In this document: piece by piece, positions 50,590 to 64,000 of the stretch
Layout: each line of letters starts with the position of its first letter
Position numbering within the stretch: the stretch's first letter is position 1
From: Bugula neritina
Taxonomy: Eukaryota > Animalia > Bryozoa
Assembly: GCA_964035545.1 (NCBI GenBank)
Contig: OZ037765.1
Span: 12,410,698 to 12,474,697 of the forward strand
Direction of reading: 5' to 3'
DNA length: 64,000 nt
Made by a program: the position numbers and the translations under genes
Notes under the pieces: generated by a model
What the model saw: only the letters and a program-made list of their open reading frames with translations
Databases searched by the model: none
Told to the model about the DNA's origin: nothing

Positions 50590-52830
50590 AATTATAAGGT
50601 TAAAATATCATGTCACATTTTCTAAGAGGAGCTTTCTAGCGTGCCTGCATGTTGCTATGATCCCATTGCGGCTGTTTAGTGAGAATAGTTGTGGCCTGCA
50701 TATTATGAAGTATTTTTCTGGCAGGCACAGCTTGCAGAGTAGTGATTGTTGCATGGTTGTGCCTTGGCTAAAATTTTTCACTTTATCTTATAAGCTATGT
50801 TGTTCTTTAACTTCCATATATATTTGCTCAGCTCAATGGAGTTTTGTTTACTGGTGTTCCTGAAGCTGGCTGTATGATTATTGTACTGGTATTTAAACTG
50901 GTTCTGGGTTAGTCTCACGTATGTCTCTGCTGCTGTGTTGTTGTTGGTAACTGTTGCTTGGTAAACAACAGCCTCGGTACAGCACTGGCAACTCAGTGAG
51001 CAATTCTTTTTGATTTTGCAGTCGCATGGTTTGAGTGTATTGGTATGATGTTCCTGTTCTTCCGACTTCAGTACTCTCTTATTGTGGCTGTTTATAATTG
51101 CTGCTATATTGAGCATGCAGCTATATGACACTTTTAATGTTTTACTATTAAAAATTCTGTCGAGTTCATGACTGGGGGGAAACTTCTCACGGATAATTTT
51201 GAGAAACTCTTTGCCGATGTTATTAGCTACATTTTTACTAAAAGGAGGGTTGAACTATGTTACCTTTCTTCTATGGTTTTGTTTCTTTGTGCCTTCTGTA
51301 GGTGTCTGAAAATTTAGCTTATGATTGTATCCGCTTTTAATGAGTGCTTGTTGATAGATTGCTGTGTTGTTGTTGGATGTGATAGAGATGGATGAGAGTC
51401 GTCTGTTTATGGATTCTGGGATGTTACGAATAATAGATGGTGGGTGGTTGGATTTTGCATGAACATATGTCAGGATGTTATTTGGCTTGTTATATGGTTG
51501 GTATATCCGGTTTGTGAGGTTGAGGTAAACATCTAAAAAGTTAACTGTTTTTTTATTTGCCTCAATTGTGATTCTTAATCCATATTGTTTGAAAATGTTG
51601 CATATGTTCTTCTTTGTAGCTTCAATGGTTCTAGCCAAAGATTTTAAGACACCCGAACCATCATCTCGATATAAACCAAAATTAGGGCCATGCTCACTGG
51701 TCACATGGTGTAAGAGAAATGTGCCGACAAGTTCACAAGTCTCTGCTCCATCGTAACTCCCCATAGTTACATCAAATAACTGATCCACTGTGGTTTTGCT
51801 CCACATTTCACCCTTGTTGTATAAGAGTGACTTTTTTGTATGCATGATAATTTGCGCTCTTCCTGCGTTATATGTACATGAAGAGATGCAAAGTCTAATG
51901 TTTTACTTACTAGGTCAGATGTGATAGATGGATAAAAGTCAACGATGTCAAATTCAATAAAAGCGTGGTTTTTTTATTTTTCATGTTGTTGAACCAGTTA
52001 AGTACTGAGTTTGTGTTCTTCCATTGGTTTAAGCGTAATTTATCAGTGATTTCAGAGATAATTTTGTCGAGGATATGCTTGCTTATCTCGCCTAGTCCTG
52101 GCTTAGATGGATTTATTAGTCTGCAGGTTGGAGTAGTTTTGAAGTTGGTTTTATGATCTTTTAGTGTGATGTATGCTGGTTTCTGGTTTGTACAGTTGAT
52201 TCTGTCAGCTAATTTTAAGCCAGTTGCTATGCTTTTGCCTTTTCTAGAGATGGCTGAAGGTGTGTTGTTGTCTTCCTTTTTATAGCATTTTGTTGTGTTG
52301 TTATGGAGCATTGCATTGTAGATATTGCAGCTCAGCTCATAATAGTTTGATGTTTTGTCTGCTGGTACAATGACTGTGGCTGGTATTATCTTGTTCTTTA
52401 TGTCATTGTGCAACGTTAAAAGTTGCATAAGATTTTCCTAAATTTCAAGTTGTAGATTAGAGTAGACATACGTTTTTCAAATCTTAGCAGTTGGGTGACT
52501 TGCGGTGGAGTCTTGTTGAATTTGAATCCATATGTCTCTTTCTGATTAGTTCTTGCACCAGGGTTAGGGAAGAAGTACGCTCGCCATCTCATTCTTTTGA
52601 GTAGGTGTTCAACTTGTTGGATCAGTTTGAGTATACAGCTTTTATGTGATGGTAAGGGTTTATTCTTTGTTGAGTAATCAAATGATGTGCGTTCCATGAC
52701 ATAGTAGTCCACTACGGAGAGAGCTCAACAATAAGAAGCCTGGATATAAAAGGTGTATAGTTAACCACTAAAAAGAGCTCAATGCAGAGCAGAGCAAAGT
52801 GAATAAAAGTAATAAACAATACAAATTAAG
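50590..52830 (-). mobile_element. Near full-length decayed Penelope-like element C
   Basis: DYSTKN.P...KRMRWRAYFF, PADKTSNYY, LKDHK.NF...CRLINPSK, MGSYDGAETCELVG, LYRDDG, SNHPP, CDC...C...VVYQATV. Its 5' leader (52749-52820) recurs at 50243-50311. Confidence 0.9.
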
Positions 52831-55800
52831 AGATTTTTCAATGTCATGACAGTCCTATCCTTTTCTTTTGAATCCCAGCATAATTTCTATAAGGCTATTC
52901 ATGGCATCCGGTCTATTGAGAAGATGATCATTGCAACAACATTTAGCTTTTTTTGGGATAATGAATATCAAAGTGTGGTATGAACATTGTTTTACCGTAT
53001 TCCTAGTTTGCTGGAGGAAATTCGTTTGCCATCATTTTTTGAATGAACTGGACGCCACATTTCAGTGTGCTGAGAAGCTGCTCAAATGTTTTTTCTGCTT
53101 ACACTTTGACAAGAAAATTTTCTCCTTAAACGGTAGTGGAAGCCACAACAAGCCATCTTCTAGTTCACTGGTGCCATTCTCAAAAGTAGCATATCATTTT
53201 GAAACATTTTCTTGTTATTGAACGGTTTGGCATCTTCCAACAAGTCACCTCGTTTTTCAACAACAGTTTGGAGAGCATTTTGATGCGGGTTAATGCAATT
53301 TCTTCACATAATGTTCAGCCAAAAACTGCGCATATAGCAAACATTTCTCTTTTTCCAAAAACTACAGCAAGCAGAGCAATAGCTGGCTGAACAATTTGCA
53401 CCAGGTGTAATACCTATTAGTTAACCTATGGCCACAAGTAATTCATTTAGGTTCTTGTTGAGTTGAGTCAGATTAAATAGATGTCTTTTGTTGAGTATCT
53501 GGTTTCGATGGCGAAATATTTTTTGTTCCCAGCTCCTAACATTCTGGCAATTGATTTTGATTTTTCTCAACTGTTGTCGAAAAACATTTCACCTGTATCA
53601 CCTTGTCTTACCAGAAAGTGTAACCGATGTAATTTTTTCTGAGTTGTAACTTGGTATTAGTTGTTTAGCAAGATCAGAGGTCATAAGATTGGCAAATTCG
53701 ACTACGTATTTAAAAGTGCGGATCTAAGCTGCTGCTCATTATTAACTGAAACACTCACTGAATACATCATGTTCGACAAATTTGTTTCTTCAGTTTTTTT
53801 TAATCAATTTTTGGCTTCTCTTCCGCCTTTGGAGTTTGTGTGTTGCATGGAATTATTTTTTCAAGCATTTGCTCTACCAATTACCAATAGTATTTCACTG
53901 AAAAACTGTAAGGGTCAACTTGTTGCCTTTGCTGCATTGGGCTCGGATTTCACTCTTTACTTGTGTCCTTGTTTTCAAACATCCATATCACAGCCTGTGC
54001 TCTCATAAAAATATTTTTTTCTTCACTTTCATTTGCAAGTGTACTGAATTCTCTTATTGCATAGTGACCCTTTTTTTGTAGTAGAAAAGATTCTTTGAGT
54101 TGCTGACACTAGTATGCTATAAACCAGCAGTTTTTTCTGTTAGTTTTGAAGGATGTTTCGCCTTTTCTAGGTCTCTTAAGCTATTTGTTGACACTCTAGC
54201 TTAGTGTGCAACAAAGTCCACATACTTAACCAAGGTGTAAAAGTTGCCTTGTTTTTGATGCATGCCATGATATGTCAACCTGCTATTTAGCCACCCTGGC
54301 AACGCTTTTTTGGACTTTTTAGTCTTTTCTCTCTTGTATTTTAAGATTGATCGTGTAAAACTTGCCTTTTAGGCTACTAGGCATTGGCTCAAGAAGCAAG
54401 AATATTATTTAAAGGTGGCATAGTCTTTATTAAGGATTGTGGGCCAATTCTCTAGCTTGTCTCTGAAGCTGTTTTCAATCGCATCTTCTCTACCAAACTT
54501 TTCCCGAAGAGTATTTTAATGCCTCAACATAAATATTGGAGGTCTGTAGTTTAAAGTAACCACTTATCACTCACCTCGCAGTAATATGGCCATACTTTTC
54601 TCAACTAAATAGTTTTCTTTATTTGCTGATCCTCTCTTAGAATGAATTGGGCTTTCAAAAGATATTCGGCAATCTGCGTAATTGGTTTACTAGCTTAGAA
54701 ATAGTACGCTGGTGGAAATATTTTGATTTATTTTTTCACAAACTTTAAAATTATTCAAGATTGTGGCTAGGGAAATAATTCAGTTTTGTTAACAGAACTT
54801 GAAACTATCTCAATTTGCTTAGAGATTTTGTGCTGCAAAATCAACCTAGTGCAATATAGAAGTTTGATTTGAGCTTTTATTTTGTTTATGAATATATGTT
54901 TCATGGTTTGCATAAATGTGGTTTTTTGATTGATCATATGAAAATTGTAAATATCGACAAGCTTCCTACATTTGGAATGTTGCTCAATTGATTTCTATCA
55001 ATTTTCAATTAAATTGTCAATGTCAGCATTATTAGTTGAACAATTTTTGCTTTTCTCATCATCAGTAGTTCTGAGATGAAGTTAACGCTCCCCCAATTTG
55101 AACACATACATTTTCATTGCACATATTGTAATAGATTCGTAAGGTTGGATTAGTTATAAACTGTTTGGTCCATTAATTGCATAAGAATTAATAATTAAAA
55201 GCATGCATGGTTTTAAAATGTCTTAAAAAATTAAGTTTTCGACTAAATATGCTATTACAGCTATGAGATGCAGAAGTTTGCTCAGTATGTCATACAATAG
55301 CAAAAAAATTTGAAGACCCAACCATCATGCTCATTGTTCTGTCATGATTTTTCTCAAACTCATGACTAGCGCGCCCACAAACTTTATCTTCTCAATCTGT
55401 ATGATACTGCTAAGCTCCATGCATACAGGCATTTCCATTTGCTCATCTTTCATTAAAATAAGTTGTTCAAGGGTAGTTTTTTGTGCCAGCTGCAAAACTT
55501 GAATCAATCATTCTTTAATCAAATTTTATGTTTTCAACTGAAATAAAAACTCAGTTGAATGAAATTTATAGCACTCACATTGCATCACCGCATAAGGTAT
55601 TTCCTCTGACAGCACTCTATGTATAAGAAGATTTGTACCACTCTTCATCACATATCTTGTAGCAGCTAATGCACGCTCAACATGCTGAAGCCCAGACCAG
55701 ACTACTTGACTCAGCCGGTTTGATGTAACCAATTGCATGTCCTTCAATGCACTATTCGGCCATTTTTCTTTAGGCTCAAGATTGAGAGTGAATAAAATTT

Positions 55801-55963
55801 TGATAGAATATCATTCAAAAGATTGTGTTGAAAAATGAACAATGTTAAAAAAATAAATTTTTTTCAACATCTCTGACCGATTTAGATTATTTTCACAAAA
55901 TTTTACAAATGAAGTTCAGAAAACAGAATATGGTTTGTTGTATTTCAAATATATAATGAATAT

Positions 55964-57160
55964 TTACAGTACACCGATATCATTGTCATTTGGGAAAAAA
56001 CAACAGCACACATGCTTTTTAAAAGCCCCTGACTTGTTTCTCGACAGACTTACTGCCTCTGCAATCTACAAAATTATACATTAGTTTCTGCCCATTGTTA
56101 TAAAGTTATACTCTGACAAAATATTTGAAGCTTATTACAAATTGAAATAAGTTTCTGTTTCAAAATAATGCGCATACTCAGGTCTCTCTTTCCATCGTTT
56201 CCCCCCTTAGTCATCAAACATAGTTGAAAGAGACCAGTATAGCATACCTGGAATATTATTTACTCATAAGTACATTTTTGAAGAACCCCTCGAGTCTCTT
56301 TTTCTTAGACCTTCTGCCTCTGTAATCTACAGAATTATGAAATAGTTTCTGCCCATTGCTATAAAGTTATACTCAGACAAAATATTCACAGTCAAATATA
56401 AATTAAAAAAAAACCTTTAAAAGTAGTGCAAATACTCTGGTTTCTCCTTCCATCATGTTCCCCTCTGGCCATGAAACAAAACCGGCAATGCCCAGTATAG
56501 CAGCCCTGAAATATTATTTACTCAGAAGAACCTTTAGGTGATGGTTAATAATCAATTTTCATGCTTGCTTATTCTGTTATACTAGTAAAATAGTTTATTA
56601 TGAGTAATAAACATACTTCTGCAAGCTGATGTTTCAAACTGATTAATTGAGGTGGAGGCATAGCATGTGTGACTGTGGGCTTCTACAAAGAATAGTGCCT
56701 GGTTTACTATGAAAAATCAATTAAATTTTTGTTGTTTGAATTTTAAGTGCTGGTAGACTACTTTAAATGGAGTTATTTGATTTGAATCTATAAAATTTTA
56801 AAGTTTTTAAATAACATATTATATCATGCAGAATGCTTAACCTACCACTCCAGGTTCAATAATATCTACAGCGAGAAAGGGCAGTTTAGTTTGGCCCTCA
56901 TTTGCCGCTTCCTTCTGGAGAGTCGGATGTTTACCAGATTTCAGACTAAGCAGCTCTCTTGGCCTTGTAAATAAAGTTGGTTTTTTTATCATGTGTAAAC
57001 ACAAGGTATGAGATATGTTTAGGTTAAAAGTGATTCAAATATACAAAATTATAAAGTTTTTAAGATATGTTATGCAGAATGTTTAATTTGTGACACCTGG
57101 TTTAATGGTGACAGTAAGAAAGAGTAGCTGATTCCGGCTCTCATCGGTCACTTCCTTCTG
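55964..57160 (-). pseudogene. Decayed paralog of the 27217-28456 gene with internal exon duplications
   Basis: Colinear exon and intron similarity to 27217-28050; last two exons tandemly duplicated; 2-nt deletion creating TAA before the CCC segment; one acceptor changed AG>AC (~56993). Confidence 0.7.
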
Positions 57161-57592
57161 GTTGATAGGCTCTCTGATCTCTGCCTAATCTGACTGACAC
57201 TTTGCTCAATCTGTGCTGTTGATGAAATTTAATTTTTTTGTTTAAATTTAAAATTCTGCTAAACTGCTTCAAATTAAAATACATGACTCAAATATATGAA
57301 ATTAGAAATGTTGATCAAGGTCTCGCCAAAAAAAGCGCTGTTGGCTCTCACCTTTATTAATGCTTTCCTAAATCTTAAAAACACTAATATAATAAATATA
57401 AAATATAGTAACATATATATAAGACAAATAGCATTTGTCGATGAAATAAAAAACATAAAGGTAATCTTGGGATATAAAGAAATTAGAAAGTCCCACATAA
57501 AATCATCATGCTAAAAATCTTAAAAATAAAAGAAAAAAAATAACAATACCTCAATTCTCACGAGCTTGTTTTTTCAAATATAAATTCACGTT

Positions 57593-59031
57593 TCAATTAC
57601 TTTTTAACTTTAAATTAAGCATAGTAAGTAAATGAGCCATCATTTCATCTATGCTTAGACATTCTTCAGAATCAACAGCTGCTTGAAAACTTTGTTGTAG
57701 TGACACTAAAACTAGCCATATCCTCCACAATTTGTCAGTGCATTGAGTCTCATGTCTGCTGTTGTCTGCAAAGTGCAATTCTTTTTGTATTTTTCGAACC
57801 TAACAGACATCGAATCTGCAACCATACTGCACCGGAGCCCTGGGTTCTGAGACCAGTACATGCTGACTCTTTGATGCCGTATATAAGTCATGATTATGTT
57901 TATACCCAAGTAGATCATCAACTCACCTCTAGTGAGATTTAAGGAGGCGAGATGTCCTGCTGCATTGCATAAGAATTACTTTGGTAAACATTGTTATCTA
58001 ATAGCTCAACTGTGAAGAACTGACTAAAAACATCCGCTGATTCCGATTTTTCTAGCTTGGGATTGTTCGCAAATACTGGAGTTGTGTTCGAAGAATTATA
58101 ATATATTATTTAGAGATGGTGTTATTTTTTTATAAACGTTTCGCTAAATGGTAGCAGTAGAAGTTGAAGGGGTATCTTTTGGAAATTTTTTCAGTTTTTT
58201 TTATGTCATCAGAATTGCAAAGTTAGAAGGTTAGGAAACACTGCACTCAGTTGATGAAATAGAAGCATCTCATAATACAGACATGGCGGGAGTGTGCAAA
58301 GAAGAATCTTTTCCACGTTCTCCATTTGAGTGCTCAGAATCAGTCCTAAAATTTCCTTCAGCAAGTTGCTGAATATCTGCATTCCTTGAAGCCTTTCGAT
58401 CACCATCATGATCATCATAAATCAAGCCATCATCACCAGCTTCTGCAAATACAGCTTCTATAACATCTTCACCTGATATCCGTTTCCTTAGTTGGCTAGT
58501 TTTCATTTTGAGAAGTTATGTTGTATCTTAAAAATGTTGTAGAACATTTAATGTCTTACTGAAAGCTCTTTCAGTGAAGATATGTCTCCAGATTTATTTA
58601 AATTACATGATATAATCATATTATAACTTGTTACTTTAATGGCAAAACATAGTAAAGTACTTACAACCAACAATATAAGTGCACTAATAAAGGCATATAG
58701 TTCACATATGGGGACATTCAAGAATTCAATTGTTGCATGATGTTCACTTATGTGGACATAAATATAAAAAATATGAAAACTGACCTTTGCATCTTTTATC
58801 TAATTATTTCTTAGAAAAAATATCAAAAGCTGCTTACCCTTGAGAGTGCAATTTGTAAACTGTTTCCAAAAGTTTGATCTTGACCTGATGACACAACGTT
58901 GTTTTTCTATAGAGTAGATAATTCTTTACTAATGGCTTGTAGTTATTAGATAACTCAAAAAATCAGTTTAATAATGTTTTCTGCTACTAAAAAGGTGGCA
59001 GCAACTTATGTGGATGCTGCGCATCAAAGGG
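57593..59031 (-). mobile_element. piggyBac-like transposon relic, 3' truncated
   Basis: TTAA|CCCTTTGATGCG terminus at 59031-35; fragments YLGINIIMTY, SMYW, TDKLWRI...EECLSIDEMM typical of PGBD transposases. Confidence 0.75.
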
Positions 59032-59035
59032 TTAA

Positions 59036-59600
59036 TAGGCATGTTTTTTTATTTTTACGGTTGCACTTCTTGTTGGTCGTTTGGTTTTGTTGTTTCTTAT
59101 TATGGGCATTGATTGCCTGCTTTATATTTGGCATGCAACTGTAGATAATTTTTACATTCTTATGGAGTGAATGTTGTGTTGAAAATTCTTCATGATTTTA
59201 CAAAATGTTCTTTTTTTTGCAATTTTTGTAGTGAGGTGTTGACTAAACAGGGTTTTACCAAAAAATTACCCTTTTTCGGCTTTTTTGTAGGGTAGTATCT
59301 CTTTCTAATTCTGGTAGGAATTGTAGTTTGTGTTTGTAGCCCCGTTGGCTTAGAAGATTCTGGTTGTTTGACATGGATTGTTGGAAGACGATGTAACTGC
59401 TACCCCAGTTTATAAATAATAGGTTGCACTACTAGAGTTTTAATGATGTTTATTAAAGTCAACGTGAAACTACAATAATACAATTTTACTATCTGATAAT
59501 CAAGGCATGAATAAAAGAGAAGAAAACATAAAACATTACAAATTTGTTGCATAAAAACGTTTAGCATACCTACATCACCCTTCCTGGGTAGAGTTAGAAT
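59036..59600 (-). mobile_element. Highly decayed PLE-like fragment
   Basis: AC-rich minus strand with remnants such as LPYKK and QKCNRK, next to a (TA)n tract. Confidence 0.3.
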
Positions 59601-59604
59601 TAGC

Positions 59605-62824
<3,220 letters not shown>

Positions 62825-62837
62825 ATATATATATAGG

Positions 62838-62922
<85 letters not shown>

Positions 62923-62949
62923 TTCAGATTGTTGAAGATATATATATTT

Positions 62950-63400
62950 TTTATTTAAAAAAATCTCACACGACTAAATAGTTTCGTGCAGTAAGCTGCA
63001 CTTGTCAGGTGTCAGACTAAAAATAAATAAATAAATACAATATATAAAGCATTCCGATTATAAAAGGATTAGACTATAAAAGCTAGTTATTCAATAGAAA
63101 AAAGCTAATTTATAATAGGTAATAAGTGCTTGAATTTTTATGTAACATTGCCCAAGTAGTGCTTTCGTGCATGTCTGCATGTGGATAAAATTTCATTCCT
63201 GTTATTAAGGGAAGATGTACTGGGCTGGTATACTATGAAATACTTTTCCCATAGGCAGAGGTTGCACCTTTTAGTAACTTTGTTGTATGAGTTAGTCTTT
63301 ATAACAACTCGAGCACTTATTACCTATTATAAATTTGCTTTTTTTATTGAATAACTAGCTTTTATAGTCTAATCCTTTTATAATCGAAATGCTTTACACT
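62950..63400 (-). mobile_element. Short PLE 3' fragment with inverted duplication and a degenerate hammerhead
   Basis: 63130-63310 encodes RCNLCLWEKYFI...TCRHARKH; 63048-63132 is inverted at ~63309-63395; hammerhead-like fold at 62968-63012. Confidence 0.75.
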
Positions 63401-64000
63401 TGACACTGCTTTTGGGCTGAGATAGTTTGCATGCATTTAGCGTTTGATTATTAAATTGTTCCTTCAGTTTATTCACATTAGTTAGAACTTCATTGGCAAA
63501 CTGTCCTGTTATGTCTTCAGGATTTTTTTCTAGAACAGCCTTTCAAGTCTTACAGCACTTTAGGGGTGTAGCTAGCTTTAAAATGTCCACGTTCCCATTT
63601 TTAAGCTGCCACTTTGTTTTGTGTTTGCTGAAACACTCTATGCATGATCCTGCTGATGGTGAAAGCTTTTTGAAGTCAACTAGTGCCTAACCTTTTTTTG
63701 CCTCTTCCTCTGTTGAAATAACTGGATTTTTTCATTAAATGACTTATTGTCTGTTTTCTATTTCTGTAGTCATTCTTTGTTGATGATTTGTTTATTATGC
63801 CATGTGTCAGCAATCCTGTTTTATAAGTAAGTTTCATTTTGCTTCATGGTACACACAGACTGAAGTTAGCCTGAAATAAATGCCAACAAAGACTTATTAC
63901 ATTTTGAAAGTAAACGGAAATTAGCCTGAAATATTCCCAACCTTGCCACATTTTGTATGTTGTGACTGCAATAAATTATACTTTCTCCCTATTTTTTTAA

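Noticed and set aside
63400-63860. Minus-strand exon-like stretch
   Set aside because: In-frame stops and no recognisable motif.

Overview
AT-rich animal genomic DNA with GT-AG introns, probably a marine invertebrate (taxon inferred from gene and TE content, not proven). The left ~34 kb is gene-dense: a myosin-light-chain-kinase-type kinase (-, runs off the left edge), DNAJC24/DPH4 (-), PTPN9/PTP-MEG2 (+; Sec14 + PTP), a QRICH2/DUF4795-like gene (+), a spliced gene missed by the ORF track (-, 27217-28456) with two FFAT-like motifs and a polybasic/tri-cysteine tail, and a complete CYP2-clan P450 (-). The right ~30 kb is a nested transposon pile-up following an inverted, near-identical copy of the P450 first coding exon. 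It holds several Penelope-like retroelements (PLEs), an integrase-deleted Gypsy element with both LTRs, Harbinger-type MITEs, a piggyBac relic, a decayed paralog of the FFAT gene, and an apparently intact three-exon Sola1-type transposon in a (TA)n tract. Main unexpected signals: six hammerhead-ribozyme motifs (one complete, on the sense strand of a host intron; one split by a MITE); the candidate FFAT membrane-contact tether; exon-limited identity between the inverted P450 copies; and drifting hexamer arrays confined to divergent promoter regions. All coordinates and alignments were made by eye.
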